Positions 51,593 through 63,302 are shown, counted from the stretch's first letter. The stretch is DNA of 64,000 nt from Nitrosopumilus sp. (GCA_965205425.1 CBDBGZ010000009.1:672001-736000); one strand, 5' to 3'. The notes: a model not told the origin generated them from the letters alone. A program made the numbers and translations.

Positions 51593-52939
51593 TTAACTCA
51601 TCTTTGATGCTTTAATATCATCAAGTTCATCTTCAAAGAAGAATTTTTCTCCAAATGCAGGTTTTAGATCATCTAACCAGATTGCATTTTCATCATATTT
51701 TGCAAAGAATGGTTGATCAACCCATTTAGGATTTCTTCCTTGTAAAAATCGTAAAATGAGTATTTTTTGATCATTTAGTTTTGATGTTCCTACAACTTGC
51801 ACTTTTCCTGGAGTGGCAGACATACTTGGACCACGAACAGTTCTAGCTAGTCCACTAACAGAAGAATATGCTTTGCTAAAAATCTCATATGCTTTAACCA
51901 ATGGAACTCCAAAATAGTGTTGAGCCCCTGTATCCCTTACTACGAACATGTAGTATGGTATACAACCTAGCTGAACTTGTTTAGTCCACATTTTTGCCCA
52001 CATATCAGCATCATCGTTAATGTGTGATAAAAGAGGAGATTGAGTCCTAATTTCTGCACCAGTTTTTCTTACTGCTTTGATTGCAGATTTTACAGCTTCT
52101 GTAGATAATTCATTGAGATGGTTAAAGTGACCCATAAAAGCAAGATGTAATCCACTATCAGTTATTCTTCTAAACACATCTAACATTTCTTCAGAATCTG
52201 AATCAGTTAAAAATTTGTAAGGCCAATATGAAAGAGCTTTTGTTCCAATTCTAATTGTTTTTAGATTTTGAGGTTTTGATTCAATTATAGTATCAATATA
52301 TTTGGAAAATATTTTTGCTTTCATTATCATTGGATCACCACCAGTAAATAGCACATCACTAATTTCAGGATGTTCAGTAACATATTGTACTAATTGTTCA
52401 CCTTCTTGCATGGCAAACTTCATTTCATCCATTCCAACAAATTGTGGCCATCTAAAACAAAAACTGCAATAAGCATGACAAGTTTGACTTTGACTAGGGA
52501 AAAAAAGACAAGTTTCTTTGTATTTGTGTTGCATTCCATAAAGTTTGGTCCCATCTTTTAACATTGGAACATTGAGCTCCATTTGTCCTGCAGGATGTGG
52601 ATTTAATTGTAAACGAATTTCATTTGCTATGTTTGCTATTTCTTTTTTATCAGAATTATTTTTTAATGCGGTTTCCATTTTTTTGTAATGTTCAGATTTT
52701 AGCATTCCTTTTTGAGGAAAAGTTAAAACATACATTGGATCGTTTGGAATATTATTCCAGTCAATTAGCTGTTCAACAACATAATTATTTGCTTTAAACG
52801 GTAAGACATTTCCCACAACTTCCATTTCAAATTGTTTTTCTTCTCCAAGATTTTGGATTTGTGGAAGAGTACGAAAATTTGATAATGTGTAAGATTTCAG
52901 TGATGGTGAATCATCCCATACTGATTCCTGATAGGTCAT
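51593..52939 (-). CDS. KamA-family radical SAM protein (lysine 2,3-aminomutase-like)
   Basis: HKY, CHAYCSFCFR, TGGDP, PYYMF. Confidence 0.88.
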   Translation of the reverse strand: MTYQESVWDDSPSLKSYTLSNFRTLPQIQNLGEEKQFEMEVVGNVLPFKANNYVVEQLIDWNNIPNDPMYVLTFPQKGMLKSEHYKKMETALKNNSDKKEIANIANEIRLQLNPHPAGQMELNVPMLKDGTKLYGMQHKYKETCLFFPSQSQTCHAYCSFCFRWPQFVGMDEMKFAMQEGEQLVQYVTEHPEISDVLFTGGDPMIMKAKIFSKYIDTIIESKPQNLKTIRIGTKALSYWPYKFLTDSDSEEMLDVFRRITDSGLHLAFMGHFNHLNELSTEAVKSAIKAVRKTGAEIRTQSPLLSHINDDADMWAKMWTKQVQLGCIPYYMFVVRDTGAQHYFGVPLVKAYEIFSKAYSSVSGLARTVRGPSMSATPGKVQVVGTSKLNDQKILILRFLQGRNPKWVDQPFFAKYDENAIWLDDLKPAFGEKFFFEDELDDIKASKMS

Positions 52940-53069
52940 GTTGTAAATAGTGTGTTTACCCTTGTTAAAGGTTACAAGCTTTTTAGGCATAAATTTTTTA
53001 GGATTTAATTAAAAATTGGCTTAACCTTTGTATTCTAGGACATGAATTTGATTAGAATGGTGATTATGT

Positions 53070-54809
53070 ATGGCTGAAGAAGACTTGTCACAAATTTCTG
53101 TTGGCGAATTTGAAACAGTTTCACAACTTATAGCATCATCTGAATCACTTCAAATTGCATTTTCCTTAATGATTATAGGAATAATTGGAATAGCTATTGG
53201 GTATAGGAAATTTTCATCTTGGGTTGGTTCTCAAAAATTCTATTATCAAAGACCACATTTTTCACGATTTGTACGTAGAGCAGTTCTACCATTTTTTGCA
53301 ATTGCATTAATTACAGCAATTAATGTACACATACAAACTGGGGTCTTGTTTGGAGAAAATTTATCAATAATTGAAGGTGAAGATGTATCACCTGCAGAAA
53401 CATTTGCAAAAATTCTCAATACATTCAATATTTTAGTAATAGGATACACAATTTCTCATCTAATTCCAATTGCCCTCACAAAACGTGAAAAATCTACTTT
53501 AGAAAAAGAAGATTTTGGTGCATGGTTTGAAATGAGAGGATTTGTTGATGATGAAGACCTATTTCATAAAGTGTACAAATGGGTTCCGCCAAATGTTACT
53601 CCAGAAGATATTGAAGAAGCAGAATTCAATGAAATGTTGAAAACGAAAGAAGGTATGTTAGAATTAGAACAATTCAGAACTACAAAGGGAAATCCAATCG
53701 GAGGATATGAGAAATTAATTGATAATCCTTTTGAAAAATGGAAAAAATCTGAACGTTCAAAATATGAAAAATATTATCAAAATTGTGTAACTGGTAACAA
53801 TCAATCTGGAAGAAAATTAAGACCTGGTGCAAAACCTGATGAAATATTTCCAATTGATGTTTGGAGAGAAGAAAAAAGAACGAATGGATATGAGCCACTA
53901 ATTCCTAGTTCACGCCCTCCAGGATTTGCTAAAAGAAAAAGAGAAGGCATTCCAAAGTCTGCAAAACAAATTCTTCCAGTTGGAATTTTTATTGCGACAA
54001 TTTTAGGAATTGTATCTTGGTGGGGAGTAGATTTGATTGTACTTGCTACAGCTACAGGAGGATTAGCAATTGGTTTAGGTTTAGCATTACAAGAAACTAT
54101 GCAGAATTATTTTGCATATATTCTCATTAGAAAAGATAAGATATTTGTTGAAGGCGAACGCATTAAACTTGATACAGGATACAACGGTTACGTACATAAA
54201 ATTACGCCTAGAGTAACCTATCTCAGAGATGCATTAAACGAATCTATTGCAATAATTCCAACAAGACAACTAGTTAATGCACAGGTGATTAATTACACAC
54301 AGGGAATAAAGATGGTACCTGCAATTGTAGATGTAGGTGTTTCTTATCTAAATGATCCTAAACAAGTTTCAGCTATTCTTGTAAAAGTAGGAAAACGGGC
54401 AATGAATGAAGTTATTGATAACAAAGGTAGACACCTCATTAGACAAATACGATGTCCATACTTGAAACATAACCAACCAAGTTGTGGTTGTGATAAAGAT
54501 ATTCATGTTGATATCAATCAACCAGTTGTAAGGTTTAACCAATTCAATGATTCTGCATTAGATTTTTCATTATGGGTTTATGTAAGAGATTATGGTGCGC
54601 AATTCAAAACTAAAACTGATATGAGAATTATCATGTATGAAGAATTCAAGAGATATGATATTAGAATTCCATGGCCAATTAGAACAGTATACCAAGGAGA
54701 TGAAAAACATGAACAAGAAGAGATTGATAAGCTCAAGGATCAGAGAAATGGGGTTATTGATGAATATGGTACAGGGGACATTGGTCGTGGTAGTGGCGAA
54801 GATGAGTGA
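53070..54809 (+). CDS. MscS-family mechanosensitive channel
   Basis: GLGLALQET, VGVSY, FNDSALDF, IRIPWP. Confidence 0.85.
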   Translation: MAEEDLSQISVGEFETVSQLIASSESLQIAFSLMIIGIIGIAIGYRKFSSWVGSQKFYYQRPHFSRFVRRAVLPFFAIALITAINVHIQTGVLFGENLSIIEGEDVSPAETFAKILNTFNILVIGYTISHLIPIALTKREKSTLEKEDFGAWFEMRGFVDDEDLFHKVYKWVPPNVTPEDIEEAEFNEMLKTKEGMLELEQFRTTKGNPIGGYEKLIDNPFEKWKKSERSKYEKYYQNCVTGNNQSGRKLRPGAKPDEIFPIDVWREEKRTNGYEPLIPSSRPPGFAKRKREGIPKSAKQILPVGIFIATILGIVSWWGVDLIVLATATGGLAIGLGLALQETMQNYFAYILIRKDKIFVEGERIKLDTGYNGYVHKITPRVTYLRDALNESIAIIPTRQLVNAQVINYTQGIKMVPAIVDVGVSYLNDPKQVSAILVKVGKRAMNEVIDNKGRHLIRQIRCPYLKHNQPSCGCDKDIHVDINQPVVRFNQFNDSALDFSLWVYVRDYGAQFKTKTDMRIIMYEEFKRYDIRIPWPIRTVYQGDEKHEQEEIDKLKDQRNGVIDEYGTGDIGRGSGEDE

Positions 54810-55726
54810 TCTTCTCAAAACTTAAGAATCCCGTTAATTCACATTTCTTGTTGAGTAAGTTATCAGTAATTGCTGGAAAATCATCTGAAGAAATATCAAG
54901 AAAACTATCTAGAAAAATAAAAGCAAATCTAGTAAAGACACAAATCAGGATTTTTGCTGATGGTGAAAGTAAGATAACTCTTAGTGGAAAAATATCTAAA
55001 AGAAAATCTGTTGTTGTACAATCAATTTACCCTCCAGTTAATACAAATCTAATTCAAGCATTATCACTTATTTCAAAAGCTAAAGAAACATCCTCAGAAG
55101 TGATTGCTGTAATTCCATATATGGGATATGCAAGACAAGACAGAGAATTTTTACCTGGGGAAATTGTAACTATGAAAGTTCTTGGAAAGTTGTTTAAAGG
55201 AGCTGGTGCATCAAAAATTATTGCTGTTGATATTCACAGTATGATTGGATTCAAACATTTTTCTATCAAAACAAAGAATGTGTCTGCAGTTCCAGAATTG
55301 GTACGATATGTCAAGAAATTGAGCCTGAAAAATCCATTAGTAATCTCTCCAGATCAGGGGGGAAAGGAGAGAGCAAAAGAATTTGCAAAAGAATTAAGTT
55401 CAGAGTATATTGCATTAGAGAAAAAGAGAGACAGGAAGACAGGAAAAGTTCAAATTAAAACAAAGAATCTAGATGAAGTTGCAAAGAGAGATTTAATTTT
55501 AGTTGATGATATGATTAGTACTGGAGGAAGTATTGTTAAAGCTACTCAGTTTCTTAAAAAACAAAAATGTAAAAAAGTGTATGTAGCATGTACACATGCG
55601 TTATTGATGAATGATGCAGAAAAAAGAATTAAAAAAGCAGGAGTTAGCAAAATTATTAGTACAAATACAATTCCAGGTAAAACATCGATTGTAGATATAT
55701 CCAATACAATTGCAAAGGCAATTTAA
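54806..55726 (+). CDS. prs: Ribose-phosphate pyrophosphokinase
   Basis: FADGE, PYMGYARQD, DDMISTGGS; true start probably near 54849. Confidence 0.93.
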   Translation: MIFSKLKNPVNSHFLLSKLSVIAGKSSEEISRKLSRKIKANLVKTQIRIFADGESKITLSGKISKRKSVVVQSIYPPVNTNLIQALSLISKAKETSSEVIAVIPYMGYARQDREFLPGEIVTMKVLGKLFKGAGASKIIAVDIHSMIGFKHFSIKTKNVSAVPELVRYVKKLSLKNPLVISPDQGGKERAKEFAKELSSEYIALEKKRDRKTGKVQIKTKNLDEVAKRDLILVDDMISTGGSIVKATQFLKKQKCKKVYVACTHALLMNDAEKRIKKAGVSKIISTNTIPGKTSIVDISNTIAKAI

Positions 55727-55728
55727 TA

Positions 55729-56676
55729 ATGCCAGAAAGCTTTTTTGTTTTATCTAAAGATTATCTGGAACTTGCAACTGATGAAATTACTGCAATTGCA
55801 AAAATGTATGACAGATTTTCTAAAATTAAAGTAATTTCTAATCTTGTTATTGTACAATCAAAAACAAATTGGAATGAAATTGCAAAGAGAGCAACATTTG
55901 TGAAAACGTCTGGACAAATATTACGAAAAATGTCTGGATTATTTTTGGATGAAGAAAATATAGGTGTTTTAAAAAATGCTAAAACATTTGTTTGTAGAAT
56001 TGTTAATTTATCATCAAATCAATTTAACATACCTGAATTAGAAAGCTCAATGGGAGATATGATATCAAAATTTTCTCACGCGAAAGTAAACTTAGATAAT
56101 CCAGATATTACAGTATATTTGATTTTTACAAATAATGAAAACTTTTTTGGGTTTTCAAAACGAGTAAAAGGTCAAACTAGACCAAAAAAGATCAAAAAAC
56201 ACCCTCATGAATTAGATTGGAAGCTAACAAGATTAATGATTAATCTGATAGGAATGAAAAAAGGAGAAACTGTTTGTGATCCATTTTGTGGAACAGGTAC
56301 TACACTTCTTGAAGCAGAGTCAATGGGAATCCATGCAATTGGCTTAGATTTTGATGAAAAAATGTGTAAAATTACTAAAGAAAATCTCAAGGTGAACAAA
56401 TATCATTCAGAAGTAATCAAATCAGAATTTCAGGGATTATCAAAATTATCTGATAAATTTGATGGAATTGTAACTGATTTACCATATGGGACTGCTTCAA
56501 AAACATCAGAAAAGCCACAGGAAATTCTAAAGAAATTTTTTGGTAGTCTTCCTAAGAAAAAAAGAGTAGCAATAATGTACAAAAAAGAATTAGATTTTAA
56601 TTTAAAATTAAGTGGACTGAAAAAATATCATATCTATAGGCATAAAAGCTTGACAAGAACAATCCTGATTAAATGA
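55729..56676 (+). CDS. Trm11-like tRNA methyltransferase
   Basis: [19 protein letters not shown]. Confidence 0.8.
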   Translation: MPESFFVLSKDYLELATDEITAIAKMYDRFSKIKVISNLVIVQSKTNWNEIAKRATFVKTSGQILRKMSGLFLDEENIGVLKNAKTFVCRIVNLSSNQFNIPELESSMGDMISKFSHAKVNLDNPDITVYLIFTNNENFFGFSKRVKGQTRPKKIKKHPHELDWKLTRLMINLIGMKKGETVCDPFCGTGTTLLEAESMGIHAIGLDFDEKMCKITKENLKVNKYHSEVIKSEFQGLSKLSDKFDGIVTDLPYGTASKTSEKPQEILKKFFGSLPKKKRVAIMYKKELDFNLKLSGLKKYHIYRHKSLTRTILIK

Positions 56677-57572
56677 AACTAGTATTTTTAGGAACATCGG
56701 CAGCTCAACCTACAGAAAATAGAGGATTATCATGTATTTGTTTAGAAAGAGATGGTGAGATCTTGATGTTTGATGCTGGTGAAGCTGCTCAAATATCATT
56801 TATGAAATCTGGTTTGGGTTGGAATAAAAAAATGAAATTATTTGTTACACATATGCATGGTGATCATTGTATAGGAATTTTAGGATTATTACAAACAATG
56901 TCAATGCAAAATAGAACTGAAACATTAGAAATTTTTGGACCAAGTGGAATTGAAGAATTTATTGGTGCTAATATTAAGATATTAAATTTTGGATTATCAT
57001 TTCCAGTTTTAATTACAACAATCAAAGAAGGAAAAGTATTTGAAGATGAAAAATTTTCTATGTATGTTTGTAAAGCAAATCATTCTGTAACAGCATTTTC
57101 ATATTTATTTGAAGAAAAAGATAAACCAGGAAGATTTAATCTAGAAAAAGCAAAAGAATTAGGAATACCTGAAGGAAAATTATGGAGTGATTTACAAAAA
57201 GGTTGTAAAATAACGATTAATGAAAAAATGATAAAACCTGAACAAGTATTAGGTGAAAAACGTCCAGGAAAAAAGATTGGAATTTCTGGTGATACAATGC
57301 CTACACCAGAGTTAGAAAAATTTTTTGAAAATTGTGATTATCTTGTATTTGATTCTACATTTTTAGATGAAGAAAAATTAAGAGCACAAGAAACATGTCA
57401 TTCTACTGCAAAACAAGCTGCAACAATAGGTAAAAATGCTAAAGTTAAAAATTTAATTTTAACACATTTTTCAGCAAGATACAAAGATGAGGTTGATCAT
57501 TTGAAAGAAGCACAAGAAATTCACAGTTCGGTGATTACAGCTAGAGATCTTTTAGAAATAGAAATTAAATAA
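56673..57572 (+). CDS. rnz: Ribonuclease Z
   Basis: [23 protein letters not shown]. Confidence 0.95.
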   Translation: MKLVFLGTSAAQPTENRGLSCICLERDGEILMFDAGEAAQISFMKSGLGWNKKMKLFVTHMHGDHCIGILGLLQTMSMQNRTETLEIFGPSGIEEFIGANIKILNFGLSFPVLITTIKEGKVFEDEKFSMYVCKANHSVTAFSYLFEEKDKPGRFNLEKAKELGIPEGKLWSDLQKGCKITINEKMIKPEQVLGEKRPGKKIGISGDTMPTPELEKFFENCDYLVFDSTFLDEEKLRAQETCHSTAKQAATIGKNAKVKNLILTHFSARYKDEVDHLKEAQEIHSSVITARDLLEIEIK

Positions 57573-57573
57573 A

Positions 57574-58299
57574 ATGTTTGAATTAATTGAAGAACAAATT
57601 AAGAAATTTGGGAAAATAGTTTTTGTGACAGGAGCTGGCATTTCACAAGAAAGTGGAATACCTACCTTCAGAGGAAAAAATGGATTATGGAGAAACTATG
57701 ATGCTATGAAATTAGCCACTATTGATGCATTTTATGATAATCCAAAATTAGTTTGGGAATGGTATAATGAAAGACGAATGAATATTTTCCAGGCAAAACC
57801 AAATCCAGGCCATACAGCAATTGCGGAACTTGAAAAATATGCTGAAGTTGTGGTTTTAACTCAAAATATTGATGGATTACATCAAAAATCAGGCAGTTCA
57901 AAGGTGTTAGAACTACATGGAAGCATTATGAAGATTAAATGTACAGTTTGTGATTATAAAGAAGAAATTTTAACAGAAATTTCTAATTTCCCACCTATTT
58001 GTAAATGTGGAAATATGCTCAGACCTGATGTTGTATGGTTTGGAGAATCATTACCTCAAGATGTATGGCAAAATGCTATGAATTTGGCAAGCAAATGTGA
58101 TTTGATGATTATTGCAGGTACATCACTTGTAGTATCTCCAGCAAACACATTACCAATCTATGCAAAACAAAACAATGCCACATTAATAGAAATCAATCCA
58201 GAAAATACAGAAATGTCAGGAGAAATGAATTTGGTAATTAGAAATACAAGTGCAAAATCGCTACCAAAATTAGTTTCATTATTTAAAAATAAATTATGA
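57574..58299 (+). CDS. cobB: Sir2-family NAD-dependent deacylase
   Basis: GAGISQESGIPTFR, TQNIDGLH, RPDVVWFGE. Confidence 0.93.
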   Translation: MFELIEEQIKKFGKIVFVTGAGISQESGIPTFRGKNGLWRNYDAMKLATIDAFYDNPKLVWEWYNERRMNIFQAKPNPGHTAIAELEKYAEVVVLTQNIDGLHQKSGSSKVLELHGSIMKIKCTVCDYKEEILTEISNFPPICKCGNMLRPDVVWFGESLPQDVWQNAMNLASKCDLMIIAGTSLVVSPANTLPIYAKQNNATLIEINPENTEMSGEMNLVIRNTSAKSLPKLVSLFKNKL

Positions 58300-59031
58300 T
58301 TGTGAAAAAATTCCGTTAATTTTTGTATCTGAAGAATCTCCTGGATTATAAACTGATGATGTTACTGTTCCATAGTCTTCATGATCAACTACCATATCTA
58401 CATAATATGGAATTCCAATTGCATCATTTACATTTGTATCAAACATTGATGTGAAAAATGTTCCAGAGAAAATTTCTTTATCTGCAGTTCTGATTACTAC
58501 ATTAACACTTTTTGTTTTACCACTTGTATCAACATATTGAAGAAGAATATTATCATCAGATTGTTGTTTGGTTGACAAGGATAAAGTTTCAGGAGGTATT
58601 GGAATAGTATTTTGAGTAGAGACATTATTTGTTGATTCTTTAGTAGTTGTTGATGAACTAATTGATTTTGAATTTGAACCACCTGTAAAGATATTTTGGA
58701 TTGATTCTATTGGATTAAAATTTGAAATTTCTTCTTGAATTGTCTTTTGAGAAGATTCTTTTACTTCAGAAATTTCATTTGTTACTTTATCTCCAGCTTC
58801 GCTAATTTCTTCAGATATTGACTCAGTTGTCTTATCCACAATTTTATTAATTGATGAATCAATTCTTTGTTCTACAGAATCTGAAGCTTTAGAGCCAAAG
58901 CTTGATACGTCTTCTTTTAAAGAATCAAAAACCGTGGCAGATGTTGATGGAAATAAAGTGTCAATTTCGTTTGAAAATACCATACCTCCTAAAATTACAA
59001 TACCAGCAATTATGCCTAGTTTTATGAACAT
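58294..59031 (-). CDS. Membrane-anchored hypothetical protein
   Basis: N-terminal TM helix, Ser/Thr-rich linker. Confidence 0.7.
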   Translation of the reverse strand: MFIKLGIIAGIVILGGMVFSNEIDTLFPSTSATVFDSLKEDVSSFGSKASDSVEQRIDSSINKIVDKTTESISEEISEAGDKVTNEISEVKESSQKTIQEEISNFNPIESIQNIFTGGSNSKSISSSTTTKESTNNVSTQNTIPIPPETLSLSTKQQSDDNILLQYVDTSGKTKSVNVVIRTADKEIFSGTFFTSMFDTNVNDAIGIPYYVDMVVDHEDYGTVTSSVYNPGDSSDTKINGIFSQS

Positions 59032-59115
59032 CGATGTTAATCCAAAAAAATAGATTTTAGATTCAAACTAAAAAAAATAGTCAAAAATGAGTTAATTTTG
59101 TTAGCTAATTTTCCA

Positions 59116-59523
59116 CTAATTTACAAAAGCTAGCCAATCAATAATCCTATCAATATTGGATGAAGTTAGAGTAACCTTGATTGGTCCTAATGGAGATTCT
59201 TCAGATTCATCACAAATAGCAATTTTTTCTACAAATGCTGCTTGTTTATTTAAAAAAAACCAAGTTTGGTTATCTTCTAAATTATTTTCCAAATTTCGCG
59301 TATAGCTTTTTTGAGATTGTGTAGAAGTAATTGTTTCATAAATTTTTTCTAACGATCTTAATTCTTTTGATTGCGCCTTGATTGAAAAATTCTCATTTGT
59401 AATATCAGAGAACGGAAATATGTTTAAAATAGATTGTTTTACTTTTTCTGGATCTTCGGATAGATTTACTGGACATACCATTTCAATTTTGCAATTAATA
59501 GTTGGAATTTTCATTCTGCCCAA
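59116..59523 (-). CDS. UPF0201/DUF54 protein
   Basis: SEDPEKV...LNKQAA...SPLGPI...WL. Confidence 0.85.
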   Translation of the reverse strand: MGRMKIPTINCKIEMVCPVNLSEDPEKVKQSILNIFPFSDITNENFSIKAQSKELRSLEKIYETITSTQSQKSYTRNLENNLEDNQTWFFLNKQAAFVEKIAICDESEESPLGPIKVTLTSSNIDRIIDWLAFVN

Positions 59524-60062
59524 CTTTGAATGATTTTAAAAGTTTGTTCAATTAATTCTTCTTTAGTTAAACCAATATTTGAAATTGCATAATCGGATAG
59601 AGCAATTGAATTACTTATACCAACACCCATTTCACGATTATCTCTTTCTTCAAAGTGTTCTTTTGTTTGAGGATCATCAGATCTTCCTCTTTTTTGTAAA
59701 AAATCAAATCTAGTATCAGTTGATGCATGAACTGCCAATAATTTTACAGTACCAAATTTTTTCAATACTTGAATTTCATCATTTGATCTTACTCCATCCA
59801 TTAAAATTACATTTGATGTAGAAGATTCAATTTGTGGTTTAACCAATTCTGCAATTGCACCAGGCCCATTTTTTTCTCTAAGTTCAAGCATTAATTTTCC
59901 AAGATTTTCTCTAGATGATTCTAAATTTCTCTTTTTAGCTTCTTCCCTAACTGCATTACCCATATTGATTATTTCGTATCCTTTAGATTTCAAGCCATCA
60001 GCAATTGTAGATTTACCTGCACCAGGCATTCCTGTTAGACATACAATTAGTTTAGTCAACAT
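59511..60062 (-). CDS. P-loop kinase (UPF0200 / dephospho-CoA kinase-like)
   Basis: GMPGAGKS, DGVRS, RGRSDD. Confidence 0.85.
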   Translation of the reverse strand: MLTKLIVCLTGMPGAGKSTIADGLKSKGYEIINMGNAVREEAKKRNLESSRENLGKLMLELREKNGPGAIAELVKPQIESSTSNVILMDGVRSNDEIQVLKKFGTVKLLAVHASTDTRFDFLQKRGRSDDPQTKEHFEERDNREMGVGISNSIALSDYAISNIGLTKEELIEQTFKIIQSWAE

Positions 60063-60131
60063 ATATCAGAAAAAAGGCTCGTCTATGAAGTTACCGGAAA
60101 TAATTATAAACACAATTCAAAAAATCTTATA

Positions 60132-60663
60132 ATGCGAGTTTTTGTAGCAATTGAAATCACAAATAAAGCAGTAATTAATTCAATTAAAAAATTTCAAGAT
60201 GAATTAGAAATTGATGCAAGACCAGTTGAGCCACAAAATTTTCATTTCACATTACAATTTTTAGGGGAAATTTCATTAAAAATCACTAAAGCTCTACAAA
60301 CAATAGAATTCTCAAATTTTGATATAGTTTTGAAAGGAATAGGGGTTTTTCCTAAACCTAGTTTTCCTAGAGTAGTTTGGATAGGTTCAGATGAAATAGG
60401 AGGAGATTTACTAATTCAACTATCTAAAAAGGTCGTAAAAGTACTTGAACCATTAGGATTCTTTCAAGATAAACCATTCAAACCTCATATCACAGTATTT
60501 AGAATTAAAAAGAAGATTGGAGATGTATCAAAGGAATTGGAAAATAAAAAAAATGATAAATTTTGGAATACAAAATGTATCTAACATTAAATTGAAAAAA
60601 AATGAACTTACTTCAAGTGGACCAATTTATTCAGATTTAGTGGAGGTTATGGCAAAAAATTGA
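60132..60663 (+). CDS. thpR: RNA 2',3'-cyclic phosphodiesterase, apparent frameshift in A8 at 60546-60553
   Basis: HFTL and HITV 2H motifs; C-terminal GPIY is in the +1 frame. Confidence 0.85.
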
Positions 60664-61991
60664 AGCAAATAATTTCGAAAATTTCTAAAACTGTAATACC
60701 TTCAAAAATAACTGAAAAATCAAAAGAAAAAATTGCAGAAATAGCTTTTAGTTTAGTTGAAAAAGAAATTAAGAAGTATCCAGAAGTAGTTGGATTAGAA
60801 TTTGGTGGATCATTTGCAAAAGATACTTGGTTAACTAAAGATGCAGATATTGATATTTTTATTAAATTCAAAAAAAATGTATTAGAAGAAAAATTTGAAA
60901 AAATTTCTAAAAAAATAGGATTTGATTCATTAAAAAAATATTCTCCATATGTTAGATATTCTCAACACCCATATGTTGAGGCTAAAATTAAAAATACCAA
61001 AATCAATGTTGTACCATGTTATGATGTAAAGATTGGAGAATGGAAAAGTGCTGCAGATAGATCTCCGTTTCATACTAAATTCATGAAAAAATCATTAACA
61101 CCAAAAATGAAAAATGAAGTACGAGTTCTAAAGATATTTCTAAAATCAAATGGAATTTATGGTGCAGAAATAGCAAAACAAGGATTTAGTGGATATATTT
61201 CAGAAGTTTTGATTCTAGAGTTTGGAAGTTTTGAAAACCTTATAAAATCAATTTCAAAAATTAAAGAAAATCAAATTATTGGAAAAACAAGTAAAAAGTT
61301 TGATACATCAATTGTGGTGATTGATCCAATTGACGGTAATAGGAATTTAGCTGCTGCTGTTTCTGATGAAAATATTGGAAAATTCATTATTATTTCAAGA
61401 GCGTTTAAGGGAAAACCAAGTATTGGATTCTTTAAGATTAAAAAATCAAGAATATCAAATAAATTTTGGAATAATTTGTTGGTTGTTAAATTTAATTTCA
61501 AAGCTAGAAGTCCAGATATCATATGGGGACAAATTAAAAGAGCAACTTCAACAATATCTACACAGTTAGAATTAGGAGGATTTACTGTATTAAGAAGTAA
61601 ATCTCACACAGACCAACAAAATGAAGCCTACCTTTTGTTCTTTTTAGAGTCTACAAAAATTAATGAGATCTATTCTAAAAAAGGACCAGAATTTTTCAGA
61701 GAAGATAGTACCCATAGTTTCATTGCCAAGAATCTCAAAAATGCTGAATTAGTATGGGTTGGAAATGATAGAAAAATAATTTCATTAGAAAAAAGAAATC
61801 ATGTAGACGCAGTAAGTTTTATGAAAGAATTCTTAAAGAAAAATCTTCAAGTAGGCATACCAAAAGGTCTCCAGACGGATTTTAAACAAGGTTTTAAGGT
61901 ATCCATAGGAAACAAAAATCTAAGCAAATTAATTAAAGAGGAAGCAGCTGAATTGATTTCAGTAGATGGCACACTCCTTCATTTCAATTAA
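60660..61991 (+). CDS. cca: CCA tRNA nucleotidyltransferase (archaeal class I)
   Basis: GSFAKDTWL..DADID, HPYV, SAADRSPFH, GFSGY. Confidence 0.95.
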   Translation: MKQIISKISKTVIPSKITEKSKEKIAEIAFSLVEKEIKKYPEVVGLEFGGSFAKDTWLTKDADIDIFIKFKKNVLEEKFEKISKKIGFDSLKKYSPYVRYSQHPYVEAKIKNTKINVVPCYDVKIGEWKSAADRSPFHTKFMKKSLTPKMKNEVRVLKIFLKSNGIYGAEIAKQGFSGYISEVLILEFGSFENLIKSISKIKENQIIGKTSKKFDTSIVVIDPIDGNRNLAAAVSDENIGKFIIISRAFKGKPSIGFFKIKKSRISNKFWNNLLVVKFNFKARSPDIIWGQIKRATSTISTQLELGGFTVLRSKSHTDQQNEAYLLFFLESTKINEIYSKKGPEFFREDSTHSFIAKNLKNAELVWVGNDRKIISLEKRNHVDAVSFMKEFLKKNLQVGIPKGLQTDFKQGFKVSIGNKNLSKLIKEEAAELISVDGTLLHFN

Positions 61992-62727
61992 GAAATTTTT
62001 AGAAGAGCCATACTCAAACATTTTAGGATATCCAAATGCAACTAAGCGTCAAATAAAATCAAGAATCAATGAATTAGAAAAATTAAAAATTAAATCAATT
62101 TCTTTAACAGGTCCTACTACACTAGGAAATTTGGCAATTTTAGGAAAAGGATACGTTGGAGTTGTAGTAATTGCAAAAAAAGGAAACAAAGAGATAGCTC
62201 TTAAAATTAGAAGAACAGATTCTCCAAGAAAAGATATGAAAAATGAAGCAGTATTATTAAAATTGGTTAATTCAGTTAAAGTTGGTCCAAAAATGATCGA
62301 TGTTAGTAAAAATTTTTTGGTTATGGAATATCTTGAAGGAGAAAAATTTAGTGATTGGATTGAATTGTTAAAAGGAATTGGAAGTGTAAAGAAATTAAAA
62401 TTTACAATGAAAAGTGTATTAGAAGATTGTTATAGATTGGATCAAATAGGATTGGATCATGGTGAATTAAGTAATATTTCAAAGCATGTTATTGTAGGTA
62501 AAACAAAATCTTCACTAATAGATTTTGAGAGTTCTAGTACAAATAGAAGACCATCTAATGTTACATCAATTACTCAAGCATTTTTTATTGGATCGGGAAT
62601 TTCTAAAAAGGCTCAGAAAATTTATAAAAATTCATCCAAAGAAAAAATTATTGGGGCACTAAAATCATACAAACAAGAAAAATCAAGAGAAAATTTTGAA
62701 AAATTACTTAAAATTCTAAAATTATAA
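61966..62727 (+). CDS. RIO/Bud32-like Ser/Thr kinase
   Basis: GKGYVGVV, ALKIRR, HGELS, IDFE. Confidence 0.82.
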   Translation: MAHSFISIKKFLEEPYSNILGYPNATKRQIKSRINELEKLKIKSISLTGPTTLGNLAILGKGYVGVVVIAKKGNKEIALKIRRTDSPRKDMKNEAVLLKLVNSVKVGPKMIDVSKNFLVMEYLEGEKFSDWIELLKGIGSVKKLKFTMKSVLEDCYRLDQIGLDHGELSNISKHVIVGKTKSSLIDFESSSTNRRPSNVTSITQAFFIGSGISKKAQKIYKNSSKEKIIGALKSYKQEKSRENFEKLLKILKL

Positions 62728-62805
62728 TGGGATCGGCAGATTTGGAACGTATTTAGTGGTTATTTTGATACCAAATAGGCACAAAAATAATTAATTTTAT
62801 TTTTT

Positions 62806-62970
62806 CTTCTTAGCTGGTTTCTTCTTAGCTGGTTTCTTCTTAGCTGGTTTCTTCTTAGCTGGTTTCTTCTTAGCTGGTTTCTTCTTAGCTGGTTTCTTCT
62901 TAGCTGGTTTCTTCTTAGCTGGTTTCTTCTTAGCTGGTTTCTTCTTAGCTGGTTTCTTCTTAGCTGGTTT
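62806..62970. repeat. 11 perfect tandem copies of CTTCTTAGCTGGTTT (PAKKK on the minus strand)
   Basis: Directly visible 15-bp period. Confidence 0.95.
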
Positions 62971-63302
62971 TTTATTAAGTTTCTTTTTTGTTCTTTTTAA
63001 TTTTTTCTTAAACCCTAAAATTAGTTTTTTAGTTTTTGTGTTTTTTTTGTAAATTTGTAATTGCTTTTGCTGTTTGTTTAGAAATTCTATCTCCTGTAAA
63101 TTTGTCAATTACACCGATTGCTCCAAAGGTTTGAAGAACTATTTCTAATACTTGATAACAAATCTGAATATCTGGAGGGATAAAACCGCCAGTAATTTTT
63201 TCTTCTTTACTTATTTTTTTAATTAATTGTATTTCCACATTATTGGTAATTCTAGATTCTTGAGATAATTCTTTTACAAATTCAAAAGTTGCAAGTATGT
63301 TA

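Noticed and set aside
51593..52939. KamA-type radical SAM as part of a peptide-modification cluster
   Set aside because: No precursor peptide or transporter nearby; the context is core genome
62806..62970. CRISPR array
   Set aside because: Head-to-tail 15-mers with no spacers, coding in frame; no cas genes in the window
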